A stretch of 64,000 nucleotides of DNA from an uncultured Acidobacteriota bacterium. Its GTDB lineage: Bacteria; Acidobacteriota; Thermoanaerobaculia; Gp7-AA8. The translations under genes were made by a program, and so were the position numbers. The DNA is taken from the NCBI GenBank assembly GCA_963822445.1, contig CAWGHO010000002.1, positions 96,001-160,000 on the forward strand, written 5' to 3'. The notes beneath the pieces were generated by a model, which was given only the letters and a program-made list of their open reading frames with translations, ran no database searches and was not told the origin of the DNA. Below are positions 44,135 through 53,845 of the stretch, one piece after another (position 1 is the first letter of the stretch; every line of letters begins with the position of its first letter).

Positions 44135-45657
44135 GATTGGCGATCGTAAATCAACCAGAGCCCCGAAAACCCGCGCAGCAGCCGGAATCGCGACCGGTAC
44201 AGCTGATGGAGGATCTTGCGGTTGGCGTAGTAGACCGCCTCCTGGAGAAAGTCGCCGAACTGCTCGTCGAGCTCTTTCGCCGAATCGAGGCTGCGCTTCG
44301 CCTTCGACAGCAGGTCGCCTTCCGGCTTCACGCCCGCGGCCATCGCCGTCGCGAGGATCGTCGCCTCTTCATCGACCTTGATCCGCAACGCCGCGGCCCG
44401 GAGATACAACATCCACAGCTCTTCCGTGTCCTCTTCCGCCTCGGCCGGCTCGCGCTCGAACAGCTTTTCGTACGCGGACGCCTCCCACGGCTCGAGCCGG
44501 AGCTTCTCGGGATCGGCGGCCTGCAGTGCCGTGCCGATCCGCTGCAGGTATTCGAGCAGCGGTTCGTTCTTGCCGAAGTGCCCGGTGAGATTCTCGAGCT
44601 GCTGTTCGCGCGCGAAGAAGGCCTCGGGCAGATCCGGCGCGCGGTCCTCTTCCAGCTCCAGGCCGCGATCGAGCTGCGCCAGCACCTTGTTCATGCTCGA
44701 TTTGAGCTGCGCGACGATGTCGTGCTTGACGTTCGACTGCGCGCGCAGGCAATCGAAACGCTCCTTGTATTCGCGGAACCGCGCGATCTCTTCGATCAGG
44801 CCGGGATTGGTGTCGCCGAAGTTCCGCTCGATGGCCTGGCCGTGCTCCATCAGCTTGTCCGCCTCTTCGACGAGCCGCTGTTCCTCGCCGCCATACAGAC
44901 GGCCGAAGCGATTCTTCGACGCGACGTTGAGCTCGATGATGGCCATGAGCACGTCTGGATCGAAGTAGAGATCGCCGACGCGATGCTTGAAGGTTCGCGC
45001 GTCGCGCAGGAGGTTGCGCTCGGTGAGGTCGTCGAATTTCGCCGCGGACTGGATCTCGTCACGCATCGAGCGGATCGCACGAATGACCCGCACCACCTCA
45101 TCCCGCGGTGCCTCGGCCACGCGAAGGATGCCCACCAGCTCGATGAGTCGCTGGCGCAGCTCGAGCGATTCGCGAACGACGTACTCCGCGCGCTCGGGGA
45201 TGAGATCCTCGCCGAGGCGGGTGAAAAGGAAGTCGAGCTTGTCGCGGCGATCGCCTTCCACCGCGTCGGCGTAAAGGTAGAAGCGGATCAGGTATTCGAT
45301 GATGCTGTCGTCCTGCCGCTTGAGCTTTTCGAAGAAGCGCCGCAGCAGCGAGGGGCTGATCGTCGAGTCGATTTCGAGGAGCGTCTGCGCCGCGGCGTCG
45401 AGGGCGCATTCGACGTCGAGAAACGGCGCGGCGGTGTTCTCGAGGACGCCCGGCCACGTGCCGTTGATCATGCCCGCGAGTGTGCGCATCTGCTCGTAAA
45501 CAGGCTCGAGATCGAGCTCGTAGGCGTCGGCGGATCCGAGGAAATGACGCATGGCGCCGGACGCGAATTGATGCAGAGTCCAGGTCGCTTTCAGGCGATC
45601 GGAGACTCGCGAATAGCGGGTCTGAACAGCGCTGATCTGACCAACCGGCACGCTCAA
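44131..45657 (-). CDS. Hypothetical alpha-helical protein
   Basis: 508-aa ORF coupled to the downstream gene; charged, helical composition. Confidence 0.7.
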   Translation of the reverse strand: MSVPVGQISAVQTRYSRVSDRLKATWTLHQFASGAMRHFLGSADAYELDLEPVYEQMRTLAGMINGTWPGVLENTAAPFLDVECALDAAAQTLLEIDSTISPSLLRRFFEKLKRQDDSIIEYLIRFYLYADAVEGDRRDKLDFLFTRLGEDLIPERAEYVVRESLELRQRLIELVGILRVAEAPRDEVVRVIRAIRSMRDEIQSAAKFDDLTERNLLRDARTFKHRVGDLYFDPDVLMAIIELNVASKNRFGRLYGGEEQRLVEEADKLMEHGQAIERNFGDTNPGLIEEIARFREYKERFDCLRAQSNVKHDIVAQLKSSMNKVLAQLDRGLELEEDRAPDLPEAFFAREQQLENLTGHFGKNEPLLEYLQRIGTALQAADPEKLRLEPWEASAYEKLFEREPAEAEEDTEELWMLYLRAAALRIKVDEEATILATAMAAGVKPEGDLLSKAKRSLDSAKELDEQFGDFLQEAVYYANRKILHQLYRSRFRLLRGFSGLWLIYDRQS

Positions 45658-45683
45658 CCTCGGGTGCTATGATTCTGGCACGA

Positions 45684-46199
45684 ATGGCACAGACGACGTT
45701 AATCAACCGCGAACAGATCGATGCACGGGTCGCCGAAATGGCAAAGGAAATCGAGGCTGAATTCGCCGGTTCCGAGCTGATCGCTCTCTGTGTCCTGAAA
45801 GGGGCGATGTTCTTCTGCGCCGACCTCGTCCGGCAGATGAAGATGGACGTGGCCATCGACTTCATCCAGATCTCCAGCTACGGCAATCAGAAGTATTCGT
45901 CGGGGGTCGTGACCATCCTCAAGGAGCCGCAGCTCGACATGCGCGGCAAGTCCGTGCTGATCGTCGAGGACATCATCGACAGCGGCCTCTCCATCCGCGA
46001 GGTGAGCAACTTCATCGAGAGCCGCGGCGCGGCGAAGGTGAAGACAGCGGCGTTCCTCGACAAGCCAAAAGCGCGCAAAGTGCCGTTCACTCCCGACTTC
46101 GTGGGCTTCCCGATCGAGCCGCAATTCGTGATCGGGTACGGGCTCGATTTCGCGGAGAAGTATCGGAATATCCCTGAAGTGCAGGTGCTGTCGGATTAG
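45684..46199 (+). CDS. hpt: Hypoxanthine phosphoribosyltransferase
   Basis: VLKGA, VLIVEDIIDSG, FVIGYGLD. Confidence 0.95.
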   Translation: MAQTTLINREQIDARVAEMAKEIEAEFAGSELIALCVLKGAMFFCADLVRQMKMDVAIDFIQISSYGNQKYSSGVVTILKEPQLDMRGKSVLIVEDIIDSGLSIREVSNFIESRGAAKVKTAAFLDKPKARKVPFTPDFVGFPIEPQFVIGYGLDFAEKYRNIPEVQVLSD

Positions 46200-46310
46200 T
46201 TAGTTTATCCCGCGCGCAGACGCGGGATCTCTCGGTGCACCTGCGAAACCGCTCGTCATGATCCCCTCAGTGCACGGAGAGATCCCGCGTCTGCGCGCGG
46301 GATAAACTAA
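46200..46310. repeat. 111-bp MITE/REPIN-like element with 41-bp inverted arms
   Basis: TTAGTTTATCCCGCGCGCAGACGCGGGATCTCTC(G/C)GTGCAC arms, 40/41 complementary, each with an internal ATCCCGCG hairpin. Confidence 0.9.
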
Positions 46311-46321
46311 AAAACCGAAAC

Positions 46322-47227
46322 ATGTACGAATGCGTCCCCAACATCAGCGAAGGTCGTAATCAGGCGACGATCGACGCCGTGGCGGATGCGATTCGCGGGA
46401 CCGCCGGCGTTCATCTCCTCAACATCCACTCCGATCCCGATCACAACCGCTCCGTCTTCACCTACGTCTCCGAAAGCGCGGACGCCATTGCGGCGGCGAC
46501 GTTGCGGCTGTTCGAAGTCGCGGTTCCTCTGATCGATTTGCGCATTCATCACGGGGCCCATCCGCGCGTCGGTGCGGTCGACGTCGTGCCGTTCGTGCCG
46601 CTCGCGGGAACGACGATGGCGGAGTGCGTCGAAGGCGCGGAGCGCGTCGCGACGCAGATTGCCGAGCGCTTTCACATCCCGATCTACCTCTACGAGCACA
46701 ACGCCAAGCAGGATTACCGTCGCGAGCTTCCGGCGATCCGTTCGGGCGGATTCGAAAAGTTCCCGGAGAAGATTCATGACGCGCGGTGGATCCCTGACTT
46801 CGGTCCGGCGCAGGTGCATCCGACCGCGGGCGTCAGCGTCGTCGGCGCGCGGGTACCGCTCATCGCGTTCAACATGCAGCTCGGGACGGACCGGATCGAA
46901 GTTGCGCATGCCTGTGCACGCGCGGTTCGCGGAATCAGCGGCGGCCTGCGCTTCGTTCGCGCGTTGCCAATCGCATTGACCAGCAAGGGGTTGGTGCAGG
47001 TGTCGATGAATCTGCTCGACTACCGCCGCACGCCGATCCATCGCGCGTTTTCGGTCGTCCTAGACGAAGCCCAGCGGCACGGCGTATCAGTCGTATCGAG
47101 TGAAATCGTAGGCCTCGTGCCTGCCGACGCGATGTTCGAGGTGGCCGAGTGGCACCTCAGGATCCACGGCTGGCGCAAGGACATGGTCTTGGAAGAACGG
47201 ATCAGAATCGCCACGGAGCCGCCATGA
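46322..47227 (+). CDS. ftcD: Glutamate formimidoyltransferase
   Basis: ECVPNISEGR, DPDHNRSV, HPRVGAVDVVPF, QVSMNL. Confidence 0.93.
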   Translation: MYECVPNISEGRNQATIDAVADAIRGTAGVHLLNIHSDPDHNRSVFTYVSESADAIAAATLRLFEVAVPLIDLRIHHGAHPRVGAVDVVPFVPLAGTTMAECVEGAERVATQIAERFHIPIYLYEHNAKQDYRRELPAIRSGGFEKFPEKIHDARWIPDFGPAQVHPTAGVSVVGARVPLIAFNMQLGTDRIEVAHACARAVRGISGGLRFVRALPIALTSKGLVQVSMNLLDYRRTPIHRAFSVVLDEAQRHGVSVVSSEIVGLVPADAMFEVAEWHLRIHGWRKDMVLEERIRIATEPP

Positions 47228-48498
47228 AACGGATCATCACGGCCGTAATCGCCATCCTCTCTCTCGTCGTTCTCGTTTCCGCCAAGCGTCGCGCAGTCGC
47301 ACCGCCCGCACCAGTCGATCTGAAGCTCGACGCCAGCCGGTCCTTCGCCATCACCGACAAGGCGATCCTCGATCCGTTCACGTTCCGGCGCGTGCTCGAC
47401 GCGATCACTGCCGGCAGTGACGTCACCTCCGAGGCGTTTTTCAGGCAGTGGTGGAACACGCAGAACGAGCCGCAGTGCAAGGACTCGGGACGGTTCTGCC
47501 CGAACACGGAAGGCAGGCTAGCCACGGAGCCGTTTCGCCCGGAAGACTTCATCCCCATCGGCATCATCAATCGCTTCGATCAGGCTGATGCCACGCAGTG
47601 TGGTCAGTACCGCCTGATCTACGCGAATCGCATGGTCACGTCGCGGGAAGCCTTTCACATCATCTTCGAAGCGGAGATGCCCAACCCCCGGGCGGAGCTC
47701 GGCCTCGCGGCCTGCCGCCCCATCGCCCAGTTCTGGGCCGATCTGAGCAAGTTAGAGTCTCCCGATGAGCGGCGCTCGCGGATCGAGCGATTTTTCTTCG
47801 ACGGCATCGACGGCTTTCCGCCGGCTGTCCACGTTGATCACTACCACCGCAATCAGGCCGGCATTCGCACCCTGCAATTGACGTTGCCCCAGAACTTTTC
47901 GTTCTTCTATCAGTTCCGCGTCGTGCAGGAGAACGGACAGCCGGTGGTGAAAACCGACACGCTGGAGAACACCGCCCACAACTCGCTGATCGACGCGACG
48001 AACCAGGACGAACGCGCGAAGCGGTTCCGCAAGATGTTCGTCGACAACCTCGACACGCTGACCATCCGCGACCACAACCTTTTCTTCATCGACATACCGT
48101 CCGAATACTGGATACCGGACGGGCGGCCGGCGAACAAAGAGTACGTGTCCGCTTTGAACGTCGGCTTCCACCGTTCGCTGTCCTCGCCGGAAGGTCAGGC
48201 ATTCAGCGCGGAGATCGAAGCGGAGCTGAAGCGCCTCGGCAGCACGATCACTCCGGTAGACGCGGTGGCCCGCGCCGAATCCCAGAACTGCTTCGGCTGC
48301 CACTTCGGCAGAGTGCCGATCGGCAACGGTGAGGAATTCGCCGGCACGCTCGACCAGCTGCAGCACGTCTCCGAGGACAATGCCACGGCCACGAACTTCG
48401 TGATCTCACCGGGCATGCGGGACGTGTTCATCCCCCACCGGATGCAGATCCTGAAGGACTTCCTGATCAGCGGGAAAGCACCGGTCCACTCGAACTAG
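47224..48498 (+). CDS. Exported hypothetical protein with a single CxxCH
   Basis: Signal peptide followed by KRRAV; CGQYRLIY; NCFGCH near the C-terminus. Start ATG 47224. Confidence 0.7.
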   Translation: MKRIITAVIAILSLVVLVSAKRRAVAPPAPVDLKLDASRSFAITDKAILDPFTFRRVLDAITAGSDVTSEAFFRQWWNTQNEPQCKDSGRFCPNTEGRLATEPFRPEDFIPIGIINRFDQADATQCGQYRLIYANRMVTSREAFHIIFEAEMPNPRAELGLAACRPIAQFWADLSKLESPDERRSRIERFFFDGIDGFPPAVHVDHYHRNQAGIRTLQLTLPQNFSFFYQFRVVQENGQPVVKTDTLENTAHNSLIDATNQDERAKRFRKMFVDNLDTLTIRDHNLFFIDIPSEYWIPDGRPANKEYVSALNVGFHRSLSSPEGQAFSAEIEAELKRLGSTITPVDAVARAESQNCFGCHFGRVPIGNGEEFAGTLDQLQHVSEDNATATNFVISPGMRDVFIPHRMQILKDFLISGKAPVHSN

Positions 48499-49105
48499 CA
48501 ATCGCCCTCACCCATTCGGTGTACTGCTTGCCGGATGGGTGAAGTCCGTCGCCCGCGACGAGCGCCGGATCGTTGCCGCGCGAGATCGGCGTGATGTCGA
48601 CGTACTTCGCACCGGCACGCGCCGCTTCCTCGCGATTGATGGCGTTGTAGCGATCGATCTCTGTCGCGATCTTGGCGCGATCACGACCTTCGGCGAACGG
48701 GGTCACGCCCCAATCAGGAATCGAGACCACGACGACCTTCTTCGCGTCGCCGCCCGCGAACCCGATCGCCCGCCGCAGTAGTGCTGCAAATTCGCCGCGG
48801 TACTGCTCCGCATCGCGGCCGCGGTACTGGTTGTTCACGCCGATCAGCAACGTCACCAGGTCGAACGAACCCTGCGGATTGGCCGCGTCGATGGCCGCAT
48901 TCAGCTCGTCCGTTGTCCAGCCGGTCTTGGCGATGATCTGCGGCGGCGCGATTCCGAGCTCGCGCGCGAGCTGATTCGGAAAGCGATCCGCTTCGGTGAC
49001 GCTTTCGCCGATGGTGTAGGAATCGCCGAGGGCCAGGTAGCGGACCGGTTCGTTCACGGTCGAACATGATGACAGCAGGGCCAGCGCGAAAAACAGGCGG
49101 ATCAT
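48467..49105 (-). CDS. SGNH/GDSL hydrolase lipoprotein
   Basis: LALGDSYT, IGVNN, DGLHPS; lipobox LSSC. Start ATG 49105. Confidence 0.9.
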   Translation of the reverse strand: MIRLFFALALLSSCSTVNEPVRYLALGDSYTIGESVTEADRFPNQLARELGIAPPQIIAKTGWTTDELNAAIDAANPQGSFDLVTLLIGVNNQYRGRDAEQYRGEFAALLRRAIGFAGGDAKKVVVVSIPDWGVTPFAEGRDRAKIATEIDRYNAINREEAARAGAKYVDITPISRGNDPALVAGDGLHPSGKQYTEWVRAIASSSGPVLSR

Positions 49106-49926
49106 TTCGCGTATCCAGTCACCAGCATTACGGCCAGGATGGCGCCGAGGATGTAGCGGTAGTAGATGAAGATGTGGGTCGTGTGCGTGCGCAGGTACCG
49201 GAGGAGGAAGAAGATCGACGCCCAGCCGGAGATGAACGCGACCACGATGCCGACGAGGAGCGGTGTCGTCCCGATGGCCGTGAGCTCGTCTTTCGCGTCG
49301 AACATCTGAAACACGCCGGCCGCGGTGATCGCCGGAATGCTCATCACGAATGAAAACCGCGCGGCGTAGTCGTGCGGCACGCGCCGGAAGAGCGCGGTCA
49401 TGATCGTCGATCCGCTGCGCGAGGATCCCGGGATCAGGGCGATGCACTGTCCCGCGCCGATGATCCAGGCATCCTTCGCGTTGAAGTCCTCTTTCGTCCG
49501 GAACCCGCGCCGCTTCGCGTACGCCTCGGCCACCTGCATGAGGATGGCGATGAAGATGAGCTGGAAGGTGACGACCCACGTGCTGCGGAACACGCCCTCG
49601 ATCTGTTCCTCGAGGAGCACGCCCACGATGACGATGGGGATGGTGGCAAAGATGACGTACCAGGCTTCGCGTGAATCGGGATCACCGAACGGCTTGCGCG
49701 CGATGAGCCCGCGAAAGAACCCGATCGTGAGCCGGACGATGTCCTTGAAGAAGTAAATGATGACGGCGAGGATCGTCCCGAACTGAATGACGGCGGAGAT
49801 CGCCGCGCCGGGATCCCCCCAGCCGAGAAGCTCGGGGACGATCTTGAGGTGGCCGGTGGAGCTGATGGGGATGAATTCGGTCAGGCCCTGGACGAGACCC
49901 AGAACGACGGCTTCGATTATCGACAT
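49102..49926 (-). CDS. uppP: Undecaprenyl-diphosphatase
   Basis: QGLTEFIPISSTGH, PGSSRSG, ARFSF. Confidence 0.96.
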   Translation of the reverse strand: MSIIEAVVLGLVQGLTEFIPISSTGHLKIVPELLGWGDPGAAISAVIQFGTILAVIIYFFKDIVRLTIGFFRGLIARKPFGDPDSREAWYVIFATIPIVIVGVLLEEQIEGVFRSTWVVTFQLIFIAILMQVAEAYAKRRGFRTKEDFNAKDAWIIGAGQCIALIPGSSRSGSTIMTALFRRVPHDYAARFSFVMSIPAITAAGVFQMFDAKDELTAIGTTPLLVGIVVAFISGWASIFFLLRYLRTHTTHIFIYYRYILGAILAVMLVTGYAK

Positions 49927-49945
49927 GGAGTCTCGCAGGATCTCC

Positions 49946-50035
49946 GAATGCAGAATGCAGAATGCAAAATGCAGAAAAGAATCGACGGTCCGTGCTCAGA
50001 CACTTTCTGCATTCTGCATTTTGCATTCTGCATTT
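49946..50035. repeat. Second (GAATGCA)4-arm inverted repeat
   Basis: GAATGCAGAATGCAGAATGCAAAATGCAGAAA, 26-nt spacer, TTTCTGCATTCTGCATTTTGCATTCTGCATTT. Confidence 0.93.
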
Positions 50036-50044
50036 CGACTCTCC

Positions 50045-51721
50045 TCACATCTCCCAGATCACCGGCAGAATCATCGGCCTGCGCCCCATGCTCTTCCGGA
50101 AGTAGCGTTTGAGCAGGGCGCGCAGGCGGTCTTGCAGCAGGTCGGCGTCGCGGAGCTCGTCGGGCTGACTTTCGTCAAACATGCCAACGAGCTGGTTGCG
50201 CACCTCCACCAGCATTTCCTGACTGGCGTCGACGTGCACCAGACCCCTGGTGATGATCTCTGGATCGCGGATCAGGCGGCCGTTGCTGTCCACGGCGACG
50301 ACGACGATCACGAAACCGTCTTCGGCGAGATGCTGACGGTCCCGCACGACCACATCCGGCACTTCCTCCGCCTCGGAATCGATGAAGACCTTCCCCTGCG
50401 TGACGCGCTCTTCGAGCACGCGAACCCCGTTGCCGTCGATCTCCGCGACCTGCCCGTTGGTGATCACCACGCCGTGCGGTACGCCCACTTCCTCGGCAAG
50501 TCGCGCGTGATGGATGAGATGCCGCAGGGTGCCGTGCATGGGGATGAAGAACTTCGGCCGGGTGACGTTGAGCATCAGCTTCAGCTCTTCCTGGCAGGCG
50601 TGGCCGGAGACGTGGATGTCGGGCTGCTCGTGATGCACGACCTCGGCGCCGCGGCGGTAAAGGTTGTCGATGACGTGCGAGACCGCGCGCTCGTTGCCGG
50701 GAATCGTGCGCGCGGAGATGACGACCACGTCGCCGCTCTCGATCGAGACCTGTTTGTGCTCGCCGATGGCCATCCGCGACAGCGCCGAGGACGGCTCGCC
50801 CTGCGTGCCGGTCGTGAGAATGACCATGTCGCGCGGCGAGAAGTCGGTCGAGCTCGCGCGCGTCTCCCGCGGGAACTTCAGATAGCCGAGGCGCTCCGCG
50901 GTCTCTACGTTGTCGACGAGCGAGCGGCCGATGAGCAGCACCTTGCGGCGGTGCTTGCGCGCGAGGTCGATGATCTGCTGCACGCGATGGATGTGCGAGG
51001 CGAAGGTGGTGACGATGATCCGGCCGCGGGCGTTGCTGAACACGCGATCGAGCGCGCTCCCGACGGTTTTCTCGGAAGGTCCGTGGCCGGGGATCAGCGC
51101 GTTGGTTGAATCGCTGACGAGGAGGAGCACGCCGCGCTCGCCGTAGTCGGCGAATCGGGCGAGGTCGGTGGGCTTCGCATCGATGGGCGTGTGATCGATC
51201 TTGAAGTCGCCGGTGTGGATGATCGTGCCGGCGGGCGTGGTGATCGCGTAGCCGAGGGCGTCGACGATGGAGTGCGTGACGCGGATTGCTTCGATGCGAA
51301 ACGACCCGACTTCCACCGAGTCCCGCGGCATGATCGCCCGCAGCTCGATGTCGTCGATCCCGAACTCCTCGAGCTTGTCCGCGACGAACCCGAGCGCGAG
51401 TGGCATGCCGTAGACGGGAATGGCGTGGCGCTCGACGAGAAACGGCACCGCGCCGATGTGATCTTCATGGCCGTGCGTGAGGAAGAGAGCCTTGATCTTC
51501 GAGGCGTTGTCGAAGATGTAGGTCATGTCCGGAATGATCACGTCCACGCCGAGCGTGGCCGCGTCGGGAAACATCATTCCGCAGTCGACGAGGACGGCCG
51601 TATCGCCATGCTCGTAGACCATGAGGTTCATGCCGATCTCGCCGAGACCGCCGAGGGGGATGACGCGGAGGGACGGCGGGTTGCTGGGTTGCTCGGTTGC
51701 TGGGTTACTGGATTCGCTCAT
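50045..51721 (-). CDS. rnj: Ribonuclease J
   Basis: PLGGLGEIGMN, THGHEDHIG, HTGDFK, GTQGEP, HVSGH, RRPMILP. Confidence 0.96.
   Translation of the reverse strand: MSESSNPATEQPSNPPSLRVIPLGGLGEIGMNLMVYEHGDTAVLVDCGMMFPDAATLGVDVIIPDMTYIFDNASKIKALFLTHGHEDHIGAVPFLVERHAIPVYGMPLALGFVADKLEEFGIDDIELRAIMPRDSVEVGSFRIEAIRVTHSIVDALGYAITTPAGTIIHTGDFKIDHTPIDAKPTDLARFADYGERGVLLLVSDSTNALIPGHGPSEKTVGSALDRVFSNARGRIIVTTFASHIHRVQQIIDLARKHRRKVLLIGRSLVDNVETAERLGYLKFPRETRASSTDFSPRDMVILTTGTQGEPSSALSRMAIGEHKQVSIESGDVVVISARTIPGNERAVSHVIDNLYRRGAEVVHHEQPDIHVSGHACQEELKLMLNVTRPKFFIPMHGTLRHLIHHARLAEEVGVPHGVVITNGQVAEIDGNGVRVLEERVTQGKVFIDSEAEEVPDVVVRDRQHLAEDGFVIVVVAVDSNGRLIRDPEIITRGLVHVDASQEMLVEVRNQLVGMFDESQPDELRDADLLQDRLRALLKRYFRKSMGRRPMILPVIWEM
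51679..51710. repeat. Four tandem octamers (GGTTGCTG-type) within the rnj 5' end
   Basis: GGTTGCTG GGTTGCTC GGTTGCTG GGTTACTG. Confidence 0.75.
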
Positions 51722-51727
51722 GCGCGA

Positions 51728-53020
51728 CTACGGATAGATGCGATTGATCATTCGCGGATACGGAATCGTCTCTCTCAGATGCGGCACGCCCGTCACCCAG
51801 GCCACGCATCTCTCAATCCCCATGCCGAAGCCGGAGTGGGGGAAGGTTCCGTACTTGCGGACGTCGAGATACCACTGGAAGGCATCCATTGGCAGGTTGT
51901 GCTCTTTGATGCGCTGCACGAGCAGGTCGTGGTCGTCGATGCGCTGCGAGCCGCCGATGATCTCGCCATAGCCCTCGGGAGCGATCATGTCCATGGCCAG
52001 GGCGACTTCCGGATCGTCGGGATCGGGCTTCATGTAGAACGCCTTGATGCCCACCGGATACCGGGTGATCAGCACCGGCCGATCGAAGGAGTTGGCGATC
52101 ACCGTCTCCTCATCGCCGCCGATGTCGTCGCCGAAGTTCGCGGGCATGCCCTTCGACTTCAGCAGCTCGATGGCCTCGCGATAGCTGATGCGCGGGAAGG
52201 GTGCCTTCACGTTCTCGAGCTTGGTGACGTCGCGCTCCAGCTGCTTGAGCGCTTCGGGACACCGCTCCATCACCCGGCCGACGATGTACTCGATGAACTC
52301 CTCGGCGAGTTTCTGCAGACCGTCGAAGTCGAGGAAGGCCACTTCCGGCTCCACCATCCAGAACTCGGTGAGGTGGCGTCGCGTCTTCGACTTCTCCGCG
52401 CGGAAGGTCGGACCGAAGCAGTAGACCTTGCCGAACGCCGCGGCCGCCGGCTCGAGATAGAGCTGGCCGGACTGCGACAGGTAGGCCTTCTCGCCGAAGT
52501 AGTCCGTCTCGAACAGCGTCGACGTCCCCTCGGCCGCATTGGCGGTGAGGATCGGCGAGTCGATGAGGATGAAATCGCGGTCGTAGAAAAAGTCGCGGAT
52601 CGACTTCTCGATCTCATTGCGCACCAGAAGCACGTAATGCTGCTTCATCGACCGCAGCCAGAGATGGCGGTGGTTCATGAGGAAGTCGGTGCCGTGCTCC
52701 TTCGGCGAGATCGGATACGGCTCGGCGAGACCTGTCAGCTTCAGCTCCGTGACGTGAAGCTCAACGCCGCCCGGCGCCCTCGCCTCGGCGACGACATTGC
52801 CGGTGACGGAAACCGTCGATTCCTGCGTCGCGCGATCGGAGTCGTTCCACGACTCTTCCGCGACTTCCTTTTTCGACACCACGCACTGCACGAATCCACT
52901 GCCGTCCCGGATGATCGGAAACTGCAGCTTCCCCGAGGTGCGCTTGTTGTACAGCCAGCCGTTGATGACGACCTTCTCGCCGACACGCCGGGGAAGGTCT
53001 TTGATGCGAACCGTGGTCAT
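51728..53020 (-). CDS. asnS: Asparagine--tRNA ligase
   Basis: [45 protein letters not shown]. Start ATG 53020. Confidence 0.95.
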   Translation of the reverse strand: MTTVRIKDLPRRVGEKVVINGWLYNKRTSGKLQFPIIRDGSGFVQCVVSKKEVAEESWNDSDRATQESTVSVTGNVVAEARAPGGVELHVTELKLTGLAEPYPISPKEHGTDFLMNHRHLWLRSMKQHYVLLVRNEIEKSIRDFFYDRDFILIDSPILTANAAEGTSTLFETDYFGEKAYLSQSGQLYLEPAAAAFGKVYCFGPTFRAEKSKTRRHLTEFWMVEPEVAFLDFDGLQKLAEEFIEYIVGRVMERCPEALKQLERDVTKLENVKAPFPRISYREAIELLKSKGMPANFGDDIGGDEETVIANSFDRPVLITRYPVGIKAFYMKPDPDDPEVALAMDMIAPEGYGEIIGGSQRIDDHDLLVQRIKEHNLPMDAFQWYLDVRKYGTFPHSGFGMGIERCVAWVTGVPHLRETIPYPRMINRIYP

Positions 53021-53038
53021 AAGGGCGCGGATTATAAG

Positions 53039-53087
53039 GTGGAGCGCCGGCGTCCCCGCCGGCTGGTCCGCCGGCATCCCGCCGGCC
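53039..53087 (+). repeat. REP (GGAGCGCCGGCG family) left of RAYT
   Basis: GTGGAGCGCCGGCGTCCCCGCCGGCTGGTCCGCCGGCATCCCGCCGGCC, two tandem hairpins. Confidence 0.9.
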
Positions 53088-53151
53088 TCCGAGGTACCAT
53101 TCGCGCGAACCGTCGCCGGACCCGGGTCCCCCTCCCGCGCCACAGATACCC

Positions 53152-53730
53152 GTGCGACACGACAACTTCATTCCAGATTCGCGACTTACAGCCATCCACT
53201 CGCGAGGCTACATGCCCCACTGGCAGGTCGACCACGCCATCTACTTCGTTACTTTCCGGCTCGCTGACTCATTACCGACTCACGTCGTGATGGAGCTGAA
53301 ACGAGAACGAGAACACATGCTTCGATCCGCGTCGACAGCCGTCGAACGGGCGCGGGTTGACGCCGCTTTTGCGATCCGGCTCGATCACGAACTGGACGCA
53401 AATCACGGCAGTTGCCTCTTACGTGAGCATGCGGAGACCATCGCGGGAGCGCTGCAACATTTCGACGGCGCTCGTTACGAGCTTCACGCCTGGTGCGTGA
53501 TGCCGAATCACGTTCATGTGATGGTTCAGCCGAACGAAGGGGTCGCGCTCGCGAAGATCATCCACTCATGGAAGTCGTATACGGCGCATGTCATCGGGGA
53601 GGGGTCGATCTGGCAGAGGGAGTATTTCGATCGCGTGGTGCGGACGCCGTCGGAGTACACGGCCACGAAGGCGTACATCGAGGCGAATCCTGCGAAGGCG
53701 GGGTTGAAAGGATGGAAGTGGGTTAGCTAA
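53152..53730 (+). mobile_element. REP-associated tyrosine transposase (RAYT, Y1/HUH)
   Basis: RGYMPH, YFVTFRLADSLP, HUH motif VMPNHVH, WKSYTA, WQREYFD, catalytic YIEANP; flanked by inverted REPs. Confidence 0.92.
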
Positions 53731-53731
53731 A

Positions 53732-53834
53732 GGCCGGCGAGACGCCAGCGCAACAGCCGGCGGGCCGCCGGCGCTCCGGATGACAGTGGAGCGCCGGCGT
53801 CCTCGCCGGCTGGTCCGCCGGCGTCCCGCCGGCC
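53732..53834. repeat. Two REP copies right of RAYT (one degenerate inverted, one direct)
   Basis: Inverted copy at 53732-53777; GTGGAGCGCCGGCGTCCTCGCCGGCTGGTCCGCCGGCGTCCCGCCGGCC at 53786-53834. Confidence 0.9.
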
Positions 53835-53845
53835 GAGAGAGGCGC

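Noticed and set aside
53152-53730. IS200/IS605 element with TnpB or an RNA-guided nuclease
   Set aside because: There is no tnpB/iscB and no room for an omega-RNA; the flanks are multicopy REPs, which fits a RAYT.
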